A stretch of 64,000 nucleotides of DNA, from positions 167,609-231,608 of the forward strand of contig JAAOMT010000760.1 in the NCBI GenBank assembly GCA_016748015.1. Reading direction: 5' to 3'. This document shows, piece by piece, positions 39,194 through 52,290 of this stretch (position 1 is its first letter; the number at the start of each line of letters is the position of its first letter). The notes below the pieces were generated by a model, which was not told the DNA's origin, searched no databases, and saw only the letters and a list, made by a program, of their open reading frames with translations. This DNA comes from Geosiphon pyriformis uo1. Taxonomy: Eukaryota; Fungi; Glomeromycota. Made by a program: the position numbers and the translations under genes.

Positions 39194-39727
39194 TAAAGAT
39201 TTTGATATTTAGTTTGATTTAATTTAAATTTAATTAAATTATTAAATTAAACTAAATTTTAATGGAAATTTTGACTAAATTTTGAATTTAAACTTAAATC
39301 AAACTTAAAATTATTGAATTTAAATTAAATTCAAATTTAGAAAATAGTCTTATATTTTATTTTGAAAACTATATTTGTTAAAAATATTAATATTTAAACT
39401 ATTTGAATTATTAAATTCTATTATTTTATATTTTAAATTTTTAGTAATATTAAATAATAAATTTATTTTAATAAGTTAAAAAGTAAAATTATTATATATA
39501 TAGTTTTATATATCTTTTTAATTAATTATAATAATTAAAGAAAGTAATAATTAATAAACAAATAATACAAAAAATATATATTTTTTAATTTTATTAAACT
39601 TCAAACCAAACTTAAATTTAAATTAAATCTACCTTAAAAATTTGGTTTAATTCAAGTTTAATTCATAATTCGAATTAAATTTAAACAGTATTTAAAGTTT
39701 AATTTGGTCTAATTTATTAAATTTTTA
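39194..39727. mobile_element. Putative decayed hAT-type non-autonomous element
   Basis: TAAAGAT...ATTTTTA termini; 8-bp flanks CTATTTAG/TTATTTAA differ only by transitions; short subterminal repeats at both ends. Confidence 0.4.
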
Positions 39728-40443
39728 TTATTTAATATTAATTGTTTTTATAAAATAGTTTTTGAATAAAAAAGAGATGTATTTTAACTAAAAATGTTTT
39801 TATTATTAAAAAAAAACTTGATTTAAAAGATTTAATGCTTATATATTTTAATATAATAATTAAATTTTTAAATAATAAAACTCTTAATAATAGAATTTTA
39901 ATGTTAATTTATAATAAAAGTTTTGTAAATATTTGTAAATCAATTAATTTATTAATATTAATAATAATTTATTAAATACAAATATTAATTTTATTAAAAT
40001 ATTTACAAATAATTTTTTAAAATTTTTGAATATATTAGTCATGTTTTATAAGATAGCTGTATTTTTTATGTCTTGGTTTAAAAGTTAAAATTAAAGTATT
40101 TGATTTGGTTTTTTTTAATCTTGGCCAAGTTATAAACAATTATTTTGGTTTTATAGTGTATTTATTCTTTATATTTAATATTGATTTTTTCTAATAATTA
40201 AGTTATTTTTATTGTTTGTGCTTTTAAAAAAATTTTGCTGCTATCAGATTTTTATAATTATTGTTAAATAAAAAAATATTATATTTAGAATATTATTTGC
40301 AAAAAAAATTTAAATATTATATAATCTAAAATTAAAAACTATTTTAATATATTTAAAAATAAATATAATTAATATAATAATTTTATCTGGTTTTTTGCTT
40401 TTAATTTGCATTAAAAAAAGATTTATTTTAATTAATAATATAT

Positions 40444-41376
40444 TATTACTAGTAAAAATTTAAGTTATTATTTAACATAAAATTATTTTTATAATTCATA
40501 TTATTAATTAGTATATATTATTATCATCAATTATTATTTATTAAATTAGTTAAATAATCAAATATTATTATTTAATTAATAATTCAATTTATACAATACA
40601 CAAATATGATGATTAGTTTATACAATATCCTAAACTATGTAACATTTAAGAATTTGCTAAAATTTATAAAAATTTACCAAAATAATAAATAATTTATTAA
40701 AATAATCAATAGTTTGTAAAAATATCTTATAGTTTACCAAAATGTATTTTCAATTTATTAAAATGATAACAAAAAAAATGCGAGTTTACAGACAAGTATT
40801 ATAATAAGTTATATAAAAAAAAAGTTTTTTTCTTTAAAAAAATATATTTTACTCAAAATTAATCTTTTTTAGATTCAATTATTTCTTTATATTTATTACA
40901 AATAAAATAAAATCAGATTTCAAAAACAACAAAAATTTTTCAAACTACAACTAATATTTTGAAATTGATTAGTTACCAATTTTAATAATTTGTTAATAAC
41001 TTCAAGCCTAAACAAAAGGCAATTTTTTTAATAAAATTTATTTTTTATTTTTTTATTTTTTATTATATATATAAGATAGTTTACAAACAAAATTCTTATA
41101 GAAAAGTTGATTTTTATAACAAAGTAGCCACATATTTTTAGTGAACTTTTAAATAAACATTTCTTAAAAAAGAATTAATTTTTATCATAAAGTATTTATA
41201 TAAGTAATTAATACAAAATTAGCTATTCTACTTATAAGTTTAACAGTTTAAATTATAGAAAATAATTTGAAAATAAATTTAATTATTAAAAATTAAACAG
41301 CTTCCAGAATATATAAATTTTCAGCAAAACAACATTAATAATATTCAAGAAAAAAAATTAAAAGTTTTTAATAATA
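40444..41376 (+). mobile_element. Decayed solo LTR of the 62128-63077 family
   Basis: Collinear with the young LTR end to end (e.g. 40961 gaaattgattagttaccaat versus 62642 gaaattgattagctaccaat). No PBS follows; flanks ATAT/ATAC. Confidence 0.85.
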
Positions 41377-41649
41377 ATACTTATATCTAATAATATTTAT
41401 TATATTTATTATAAAATGGTTTTAAAAAAAATATATTTTGGCAAATAATAGTTTTATTTATTTTGTAATTTACAATTACTCTGTTTTGTTATTTATTAAG
41501 ATTATTTATTTGTTAAATATTTATAAAACACTAATAAAGCTATTTTTTGACCAATTTTTCTTATTAAATATATTAAAAGCTTTTATATATAGCTGCTTTA
41601 ATCTAATAATTTCTGAAAATATTTATTATTTTTTTTATTATATATATAA

Positions 41650-43898
41650 TTTTTTTTTATTAAGATTTAACAAATATGACCCAATTATTATCTAAAAATT
41701 AGAAATAAACTAAGTATTTCAATATTAAATATAGTTCACATACTTTTTATATATAACCAATTACTCGAGCCAGTTTAGACTATATTATATTAATACTCTA
41801 AAAGAAAACTTATTCAAAGAAGATATTCTTTGAATAATTTTAAACAATATAACACTATTACTAATTAATTTAATTAGCTACTCAGCCGTTTTTAAGGCAT
41901 TAGTCTTTATAGTAACAGATTTATGTTCTCAAAGCAACATTAAATTAAAAAACATATTATCATTAACAGCAAACAAACTTACATAGAGGCCAAATATATA
42001 TTTTTATAGTTATAATCAGTTTTTAAAACAATTATCTCCTATTTTAGCTTACTAATAGTCTTACTAAAAATATCTATATATATCAAAATTTTATTAATCT
42101 TAAAGCTAAAAACACTACTTGAAACCAAATTCTCATTAATAAATTGTTCAAACAAAATAATTATAGAACTAACTGGTTTAATAATAAATTTAATCAGAAT
42201 AAAGAATTTGGCTAAATTAGATTTCAGAAAGACTAACTAAAAAAAAATTATAGAATTATTAGCCACTATATTAATAGAAAAAACTAAACCAACCAGAGAA
42301 CAAAAAGCCAAAAAAGATACAAAAACAGTAGCTTTAACATAAAATTTGCTGTCAATAATACAAAAAATAAAAGCCTTAGGAATTTTAAGAGAGAAAAATA
42401 GAGACATTTTACAATTCAAAACCAGATAATTCAAACTCTAACACTAAAAACAGTACTAATTTTTAAGAGTCTCTTATCAAATATGATATTTTTTTAGCAT
42501 ATTAGTTTTAATAACTGCAATATTCAAATTAATCTAAGATTTAAATATAATTAGAGCAAACTGGAAATGACAATCAAAATTAAAAGAACAAAAAATAAAA
42601 CATATTTGATTATTAACTTAAAAAATTATATTATTAATTTCAATAACAGTACAGCCAAAAAAAAAATTAACCAATTTGGTTTTAAACCTATTATAAGACA
42701 AAATAGTCTTATTTTAATTCACTAAAAAAAAAATCCTAACACTATTTTTATTCACTAAAACTAACTAATAATTTAAAACAGATACAACAAAGTCTAATTT
42801 ATTAAAATAAATAATCATATATTGTCAAACACCAGTAGACTTTAATATTATATGAGCAATCTTACCAAATATACTGAAAGTTGTTTCAATATTAGTAGTA
42901 AACACATTCAAAGACATATTACACAGTATAATAGCAGCAAAAAAAAAATCAGTTTTAGAAATTACTAAAGACTTTGTAATTTTAAAAGTAATTAAACAAA
43001 CAAAGCTCATAAGTTTAACTAAAAAAGCAGTTTTTAAAGACTTTTAAGAAGCAAATTTCATATAAAAAAGCTTTATATTGTTCTTTAATACTGATTTTGC
43101 ACTCAAAAAACTGTACAAATTAGAAAACAGTTTTAATATGAACTAATTTAATCTTAAAAATAGCATTAAACACCAGAGTAGAGACTATCTACTTAGTAAA
43201 TCTTTAATAACTAAAAATAATTTTTTAAGTAGAAACCAAAGAAAAAATTGAATCAGTTTTTATCTGATTAGTTCAGTTTTTAAGAACAGATAATTCAACA
43301 AAAGACTATTGTTTTGTTTTTAAAGTTGGTGATAATTTGCTAAAAGACATCATATTTAATAATACAGTTAGTGACTAATATTGATCTATTTTTAACAATA
43401 TACCAAATAATAAAATAGAAATCTCATCTAAGATCTCATTTAGAATTACAAAAAAATTTAATATAACAATAACAGAAATAAGCAATTGCTTTTACTTTTT
43501 GAAATTTTTGGTCTTTTTGACCATTTTTAAAAAGTGGTACTAGATGTAACAGCAATGATTGAAAAGATCAGCTTATTAACTGACTACTATTAAAAACTTT
43601 TGAATTCTTGGTAGAAGTAGAGACAACACTAAAACTAATCTAAGTATATCTTTTTAAAGAAATTTTAACTGGTAAAAAATCAGTTAAAGATGAGAAAAAT
43701 ACTTTAATAATTACCAAAAACAGCTTTTTATTATTACTAACTAAGAAAAAAGCTTCTAAAACATTTTGCTTAGCTGTTTTTACAACAGAAAAAACTTTTC
43801 TGGTTAAAACTTTGTAAAATACCAAAAAAAAGATATTAGTTACAGTCTTTTTACTTTTTGTTCTGATCATAGTCATAAAATTAAGGAGATAAAAAGCT
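41650..43898 (-). mobile_element. ORF1-only retroposon copy E3 (decayed)
   Basis: ATG at 43876 (MTMIRTKSKK), collinear with E; stop ~41785 followed by the tail, which retains the CGAGT loop. Confidence 0.85.
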
Positions 43899-45348
43899 TT
43901 TTTTTGTTTATAATTTTGTTAATTGTGTTAAATAAAAAATAAAAAATGTTAAAAAGTTTTTAAATAAGAAGTTATTATTTAATATAATATTTGATTTTTA
44001 TTTTAAAACTAAATATATTAGTATTAAGTTAACTGGATTAAAAACTTATATTATAAAAGTATTATATAATAGATTGTTAATAATTATATGAAAAATATAA
44101 CATTAAATATTTAAGTATTAATTGTCTAAAGTTTGTAAAATACTCAGATTATGTTTTTAAGTATGTTATAAATTTAAGATTATATAAAATCTTTATTTGC
44201 TGGTTTTCAATAGATATTTGACCAATACATATTTTTTTAAATAGATATACATGGTTTTGGCTAAAAAATTTGTTTTTCATAATGGTATTTGAAAGCTTTT
44301 CGGATTTTTATGTCTGTAAAAATAGCAGTTAATAAGATTATAGAGTTTGTGTATTTTTTTATGGTTTTGTACAAAGAGAGTATTTGAATTTTGATGTTAA
44401 AGCTAAAAGCTGAGTCTGAAAAATTGGGCTTGATTTTGGTCACAATCAGTTTAATTTTAATTAAATTCATGTTTAGTATATATAAAAAATGTGTAAGTTA
44501 TATTGTATTAAATAGAGATTACTATTAAAAAAAATTAAATTTTTTATTAAATTTTAAATATTAATTAAAATATAAAATTATAATAGTTGTGTTATTTTTT
44601 ACAGCAATTAAAATTTTAAAATTAATCACGATTTTAGTTTTAGCATTGTAAAATTCAAGAGTCAAATTGAATTTATTATTTTAAAGTTTTATAACTTTTG
44701 TTTTTTTTTATAAAATTAAAATGTAAAAATACTTTTTCTATAATATTAAAGATTTTATTTGTTCAAAATTAATACATAATGCATAAAAAAATAAAACCAG
44801 ACTTTTTTTTACTTTATGTGGTTTTATTGCAATATTCTCAAATTTTAAGATTCTTTTTAAAAATAAGAATATATTATCGTTTTTTAATATTTGATTATAT
44901 TCATTTAATTTAATTGATGATATTAAAATTTAATTTTCATATTTGCCAATCAAATTGTAGAAATCTAATTTTTTTATTTACAATACGTTATTTGACATAT
45001 TACTAAAGTCAAAACTTTGAATAGTTAAGGTCAAAAACCGAAAACCTTTCCTTGTACCAAAATGGATCTCGATGCTTCTGCCTTCCAAAAAACTATTGAT
45101 AAAATGTATCAGATATGTCAATGTGATCATATTGCAAATAGTGTTAACCAATTAAGATTTTTCTCAGAGTGGTTAAATAATACTTGCCATATTTAGAAAT
45201 AGATTAAAAATTATTCATCATATAGAATTTTTTTTTTCATGACCGCAAAAAGAATAGCCAGTCTTTGAAGTTCTTTAAGCTATGAACCACATAGCGAAAG
45301 ATTTGAAAAAAATGTCAGTAATAGTACAATCAATGAGGCAGTTAAAAG

Positions 45349-45460
45349 ACGAGATTCTTCTTCTGTATTGGAAACTATAGCGCGTTATTAACTTTCAATT
45401 CCAGCAAGTTCTGTTCCTTCTGAACATCTTTTTTCAGTAGCTGGAAAATCAGTTAATCGG
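45349..45460 (+). pseudogene. hAT transposase C-terminal dimerisation-domain fragment
   Basis: Reads LETIARY*LSIPASSVPSEHLFSVAGK, matching the hAT consensus LA+xYLxIPATSxPSERxFSxAG. Confidence 0.75.
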
Positions 45461-46047
45461 TTACAAAAATTTTAACCGGTTAGAATCACTAACTGCAATG
45501 CAAACAAAGACAATAATCTTTTTTTGGAAAGAATGAACAGAACAATAACTTGTATTTTCGATTTCAGACTGGGTTTACACCATTGACATTCAAAAATAAA
45601 TTATTTTTTTTAACAGGATAGGATTTGAAATTTGCTCTGAACTTTCATTTAGGAACTCGAAAAAGGGTTATCAAATAAAAAATCATCAAGAATTCCGAAA
45701 TGATTTACCAACTAGCCATTTTGGCATGACAAAGTTTGGGCAAGATGTTGCGCTTTATTTTTCTTGGCAACTGTTTTCTGGATCCTTCAAAGATGTTCTT
45801 TGTTTTGATAGGTTGCTAGCTTATGTCTGCTTCTCACTTGTTTCTCCATCATTGGTAATACAACAATAGTAGTGTGGACTGTTAAAGGCGTTTGTTTATA
45901 ATTTTTTCTGTAATCCACCGAGCCACTTCAATTGGGCGTAGCTACGTAATTTTTAATTTAAGGGTGAATGTGCAATTTGAACCTCCTGGAAAACGACAGT
46001 TTCTTTTAACTTCTCGATTCCTGAATCTATCACAAAATCAGAAATTA

Positions 46048-46927
46048 ATGCCCTCTCTAAGTATTTTATTTCTTGTAGTTTCCTCTTTTTATCTCTTTTC
46101 AATAGCAGCATTCCAAGCAGAATGGAAACCACCTGGCGAGAACGATAAACGATCCCCATGTCCGGGACTAAATGTTTTAGCAAATCACGGATATTTGTAG
46201 GTATATTATTAAAGAACTCATCTAGTTTGACCATATAATAATTGGATTTATCGCCTAAAAGACCACACGATGGAAAAGATTTAAATCCGGCACATGTTCG
46301 TGATGTGTTGAATGAGCGTTTAGGTATATCCAAAGGATTCGCTTTTACTATGGCCGGAGTTGCCGCTTCGGCGATTGGCAAGGACGGGAAATTGTATGAA
46401 GTGTTTACCTTTGGCAAAACCTATTTTATATTTTTTCTCGATTTAAGAATTATTTAAAATCTCTATATTTCCAAAAAAGCTCCTTGGATGATCTTTCCAA
46501 GCATAATATGATTGAACACGACGCTTCCTTAACACGAACCGATTTCGAACTCGGTGATAACCAGAAAGTGAACGAGACTTTAGTAGATCAGTTTCTTTCG
46601 CTCGCCCTTAACGGAAAACTTACCCTTGAATCACTGGCGTTGGCAAGAAATTTACGATTTGAACAAAGTGAACGTGAAAACCCAAAATTTAAATTTGGGG
46701 AAATTCAAAGGCTCTTGGCTTTTGGTGAGGCAGCAATTTTTTTGTTGGTGATTGGAGGGCAGACCAATAGAGAGGTGGATGTGAAATTAGCCGAGACCTT
46801 TTTTCGAGAGGAGCGGTTACCTGATGACTGGCGGCCTGCCGAAAAGGAGGTTACTTTTTGGGATGTTTCAACCCTCTCGAGAAAAATTAATAATCGGAGT
46901 AATGAACTAAAGAATCGAAAAAATTAG
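46048..46927 (+). CDS. Secreted short-type heme-thiolate peroxidase (unspecific peroxygenase/chloroperoxidase family), ~242 aa; exons 46048-46196, 46262-46393, 46480-46927
   Basis: Hydrophobic signal peptide, RSPCPGLNVLANHGYLPHDG, IEHDASLTRTD, FGEAA. Two GT-AG introns restore the frame. Confidence 0.93.
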
Positions 46928-47450
46928 AGAAGCGCTCTAAGGATCAGCATATAAAATCATTAGACGTGAAAATTAGTCTCTAAAGCTCTGGTTTATACAT
47001 CAGTCTAATCTTTGTATTGTTACTAAAATTCAGAATTTATACTGATGGTTAAAAAATTTATCTTGGATTAAAAATAGTTGAAATAAATCCTTTGGAACTA
47101 TTAATGAACTGATACCACGTGAAAAAATACCCACAGTTTCATTAACTTTGGCGCAATTATAGAAACCGAAAAGGCTTCACAATGAAATCATTTTATGCCA
47201 GCTAGCCTGACATCATGTTAGCGTCACTCTCCCATTTGTTTGTAAGTTTGATGATCGAATTTAATATTTATCATTTGGTTTAATCAAGGGGAAGTTCGCC
47301 TATCGAAAAATATATAAATCTGCAAAAGAAATTTATGCCGTTCTGTTATTAATAGTGTACTTTCAATCCATCGACAACGAATAACTCAGCATCTTTCTAA
47401 TTCAATATTTATCTTTTTATTCTCTCTTTAACTGAATCACATATACCAAA

Positions 47451-47882
47451 ATGGCCGCAGCAGGAGGTGGTGGACCAGTTGGCGCAACTCCTAAAAGCCG
47501 AAATCTAATGCGTTTTTTGGCTGTGGATCCAGAAATTTATCCATTAATGGGCGTCCTTTTGACTATCTTTACGGCGGTCGGATATATGGCAGGCAGGAAA
47601 GTCACGAGTGTCAAGTCGGAAAGTGGTGTTCGTTTGGCAAATCATCGTCCGTATCCTTGGCATCCATTAGATGAAGATGAACAACGAGATGGATCATCGT
47701 CAAAAAATGGAACGCAAGAAAAAGGGAGGGAAGGTGGGGGCAGTAATCGAGATTTTAAATATCGATTCTATAAGTATGGGGATCCGAACGATGAGGTCCT
47801 AGAGGCCCCTAGTGCTATCAATAAGCATAAGATTAATGTGAAAATGCCGAAGGATAAGATCCCCGACGGGATGAAAGAGTGA
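47451..47882 (+). CDS. Small single-TM protein, B12D/NDUFA4-like N-terminal region, 143 aa
   Basis: Intact ORF with AAAATGG start context and TATATAAA at 47311. PEIYPL-TM-R...VRL..PYPW pattern; family call from motif memory only. Confidence 0.6.
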   Translation: MAAAGGGGPVGATPKSRNLMRFLAVDPEIYPLMGVLLTIFTAVGYMAGRKVTSVKSESGVRLANHRPYPWHPLDEDEQRDGSSSKNGTQEKGREGGGSNRDFKYRFYKYGDPNDEVLEAPSAINKHKINVKMPKDKIPDGMKE

Positions 47883-48911
47883 TGGTTTGAGGGAGGGAAG
47901 ACAGTTATTCTGAAACTTGGTGCTTGATTTTTCTCGGCAAAAGTTAAAGATCCTGGAGAGTAAACATTGATAACCGGAAAATTTTATTTCGCTTTATCAT
48001 TAGTTCCCAAAATTTATGCTGCTTTGCCTTTTTAGAACCGAACGTAAATTACGTTTAGTCTTGTGAACCTTTATCTTTTTGTCTGTTTAAAAGTTGAAAA
48101 TTTGCATTTTCGATTCCAATTATTAATAAACATCAAATTCTTAAGCAAAAGAGCTTTTAAAATTTTTTTATTAATTCCGATTTTTATATCTTTAAGTTAG
48201 AGAAGAACTTGAAATGAGGGTTTGGTTCTTTGCCTTGAAATTAAACAAATATTCTGCTGGTATCTCGAAGTTTTTCTTAACCTCTAATTGGCAAGCGATA
48301 ATAATTTCCAGTAGACTTATTCGTGTTTTTGATTTTATACGGGTGCTAAACCCAAGGTAAGGACTGTATTTTTGTATTGAATTATATGATAATAAGGGTT
48401 CGCTGGATTGTCAATTAAAAACATGAAATTGTGACTTGTAGGAATCGTAATGGTAGTGGTTGCGTTAAATTGTTTAAGCATAAAAAATAAGTGAGTCTTA
48501 AACTCAAGGATTGTGAAGAGAAATTTTAAGTTTTTTTTTAAAAAAAGAAGCGAAACAATTATTTAGGGAGTCGAGTTCCTCAGTATTTTTGGGTTAAATA
48601 AATTCCGGTATTATTGATAGAAACAATGAAGGCAGGAAACCTTTCTTTGGCTTTAAATGGAACTTTTGGTATTGGTTTAAATTTCCACTATCCCCCTATT
48701 TTTCTCTTAATCATTAGATTAATAAAAATTATTAAATCCCCTAAAAAATGCAAAATTTAAGAAAGGTTTTTTCCTTTCCAAATTATCCCGTCATAATTTA
48801 TCGTTATCATGATCAAATTGAAACTGCTAAACTTCCTCATTTCCTAAAGATATAAAATTGCAATACATTCTCTCGTTCATTAAATCATCTGAAAAATAAC
48901 CTGCTTAAAAA

Positions 48912-49579
48912 ATGACTAAATCTGATCATAAAAGATTTCTCCACTTAACCCTTCCTTTTCTTTCCCTCATATTTCTATTCTCATTTTTCCATCTAATCTC
49001 TGCCAGTGAAGACGCAAGAGAAGCCTACGCAATCGTCGAGAGTGAAATCGGAGAAAGTGAATCAACCATTTGCGCAACATTTCAATTCATAGATTATGGT
49101 AAAAATAATATCAAAGTCAGCATTAGGGCAGAACAAAAGGGTCGGTTTTCTGATGATTGCTACGAATATCATATTCATGAGAACCCGATTAAGAACGGAG
49201 TTTGTAAGACGGGTGGTGAACATTATAATCCCACTAGGGTCTCTTATAAGAACCAAGGGTTTAAGTGTGAGGACCTACCCTGGGAAGAGAAGTCACCGGA
49301 TGTTTGTGAAATTGGTGATTTATCTGGTGAGTCTGAAAAAGTATTTAGTATATTCATTTCCGGCTGAGATTTATTCTTTTGACGCTTGCTTCTTTCCTTT
49401 AAAAATAAATTTTAGGTTTCCATGGAAACCTATGCTACGACCCTGATACTCATAACATTCCCAAAAGATCTTACATTCACCCTTTCTTAACCGTAAAAGA
49501 GATTGTTGGCAGATCGGTGATGATCCATCTTCCACATGGTGAGCTTGCGTGTGGCACTATTTACTCTGGAGCTCCGTAG
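48912..49579 (+). CDS. Secreted Cu/Zn-SOD-fold protein of Cu-only (SOD5-like) type, ~192 aa; exons 48912-49326, 49416-49579
   Basis: Signal peptide, YHIH, CKTGGEHYNP, CEIGDLSGFHG across a GTGAGT..TTTAG intron, IVGRSVMIH, LACGTI. Confidence 0.88.
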
Positions 49580-50277
49580 TATTTCATCTAGTAAAAATAT
49601 AATTTAAATTTCTTATAAAATTATTTCCGAGTGAATAAAAAAGTAAATTAATATTTTTATTTTAATATATTTCATTTAATAACAATATTAAAGATAATTG
49701 TTACTAGGATCAAATGTTAAAAATCAGATCTATAAAGATTATTCGATAGATTAAACAAATAATTAAAAAAAAGTAGATTAATTTTAAAAATTTTAAAAAT
49801 TAAGTAATACATTACCTATATATTAAATTATTTTTAATATAAATAGTTAATATAAAAAAAGCTTTTATGATGTCTTATTTTTTTAATTATATTTTATTCT
49901 CAAGAATTAAAAACTAATTACTTTTTTTAATTATTTTAAATTATAATAAAATAATAATCATAATATTAAAAACTTAATAAATTCTATAAAAATATTAAAT
50001 TTAAGCATTAAAATTCTGACTTTTTAAAAAACCAATATATGAATATTATTTTTGTTTTTTTAATATTGTAGAATTTCTTAACTATTTTTATTTATATAAA
50101 ATCTTGATATTAAAGTACATTTTTTTTAATATTTTATTGAATAAATAATATTTTTAAAAAGTAAATAAAATATTTTTGATTTTAAATTCATTTAATCATT
50201 AATTGTTTTTATTTAAAAAAATTTGTTTAAAAAAAGTTGCTTAGACTATTTTTTGGTATTTATAATATATATATATA

Positions 50278-51573
50278 TAAAGAAGTATAAAAAATATTAA
50301 ATACTTTTATAATATATTATATAAAAAAACTAACTTATGAATTATTAATTTTTTATTATTTTATTTAATTCTTATTTGTTTTAAAAATAACTTGAACTTA
50401 ATATAAAATAAACTTGATCAAATTATAGTAATTTATAGGTATTATATTCTATTTTTTCTTAATTCACTATTTTAATTGTACAATATTTAAGAGTTGTAAA
50501 TTATATTAACAAATTTTAACTTCAATATATTACCAAAAATTTTTTATTAAAGTAATATCAAGACTTTGTACTGGCCAAAAAAGTAATTCGCTATTTAAAG
50601 AAATAAAAAAAAACATGTAACTTTAATATATAAATTGGTATATTGTTTTTTTTGCATAAAGTTTTACCATAAGAATTGCATAATTAGCCAAGATTTTATG
50701 GTGTATAACTCCAATTATATGACCAATTAAAAGAACTAAAGAATTTAAACCAATTCATAAAAAACATTTTCAAAACATGTAATCAAAGCTTTTTTTAATT
50801 AAAACTATAATACAATTCTTATAAAATTTTTTAGAAAGTTTATGCTATATATATCCAAATTCTGTAGTTTTAAATTATGTATATATAGATTTATTTAACT
50901 AAATAATTTGTTTAAAATTTTTTACTGTCTAATTTTTATAAGTATAAATCTATTATAAATGGTTTTTTTATTTAATTTAAAAATTAATGGCTCAAAACAA
51001 AAAATATATGAGTAAAGTCTTTTTTAAACTAATTTATTTCAAATAGTTTATATAGAAATAGATTTGTTGGTATTTTTAATAAAATTCAATTATATTTAAG
51101 AAAAAGTTTGACCAGCAGATTTTTTTATTTTCTATTATTAAATATTTAAGTTGTTTATATATATATTTATTAAAAATTTGTGATTAGTTTATTCATTTTT
51201 TAAAAAGTTTTTTGGCTTGTATAACTTTTATATATGTATTACAAAAAAATATAAATATACAATAATCATGAAAATTTTACTGTTTGTATGCTTTAACTTT
51301 TTTGCTAAAATAATCTTTTTTTTTTGCTATTTAAAAAGTTTTTTCTAAGACATATTTAATATGATAAATTTTTTTATGCCAAAAATATTTGATATTTTAT
51401 ATATACATATATAATCTACTATTATATTTTATAAGAACACAATTTATGTTAATTTATAAATTATAACTAAAAGTAATTATAAAAAAATTATGGCTTAAAT
51501 TAGTAATAGTATTATAATATATAGCTTTTTTTATATATTATATTAAGTATTCAATATTTTTTATATTCTTTTA
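50278..51573 (-). mobile_element. Tc1-like DNA transposon, decayed copy 1
   Basis: TIRs, TA flanks, collinear with 53331-54682; transposase ATG at 51353. Confidence 0.82.
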
Positions 51574-52140
51574 TATATATTATTTAAAATATATAAAAAT
51601 AATATACTAAAAATATAATAATAATAATAATATAAGTGTTTTAAATTTTAAAATACAAAAAAATATTAAAATTGAATATAATAGAATAGTTAAACACAAA
51701 TAATTAATTAAAAACACAATTATTTTAGGCAATCTAATATAATTTCATATTAATAAATAATTAAACAAATAACAATATTTTTAAAACATAAAAATTAAGC
51801 TAATTAAAATCAAAATTTTAAATAATCTAAATTATAAAATATTAAATTAATATTGATAAAAAGAATAAAAAAAAATTTATATTATTTTAAATATTATTTT
51901 TATTTATTTGATTTTAATAATTCAATATTTAAATTCGATTTTTTCAATTCTTTTAAAACTCTTAATAAGATTGATTTTATCTTTTTTAAGTACTTAGAAA
52001 AAATTACCAAATATGTTATTTTTACAAAACTAATAAGCTTTAAACCAAAATTTATAATTTAAATAATATGGTATTATCCGAGTAGAAAAAACCAATCCAA
52101 AGTTATGGAGAAAATATGACCAAAAAAATATGACAATACG

Positions 52141-52290
52141 AAATAACACAAGATAACACGTAATAATATAAGATAATATGTTATAACATAGTATAATGTG
52201 TAATAATATAGAATAATGTGTTATAACATAATATAATGAGTAATAATATAAAATAATGTGTTATAACATAGTATAATTAGCAATAATATA
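52141..52290. repeat. Minisatellite of 10-bp NNATAAYRNR units with 20/40-bp higher-order period
   Basis: ttataacata/(g/a)tataat.../taataatata/(g/a)aataatgtg recurs every 40 bp. Confidence 0.75.

Noticed and set aside
19300-44900. AT-rich endosymbiont or organellar DNA insertion
   Set aside because: Many AT-rich tracts align to decayed copies of local TEs; their short ORFs are compositional artefacts.
45953-46417. 154-aa minus-strand ORF
   Set aside because: Antisense to the well-supported peroxygenase exons.
52141-52290. CRISPR array
   Set aside because: No unique spacers or cas genes; it is a minisatellite in eukaryotic DNA.
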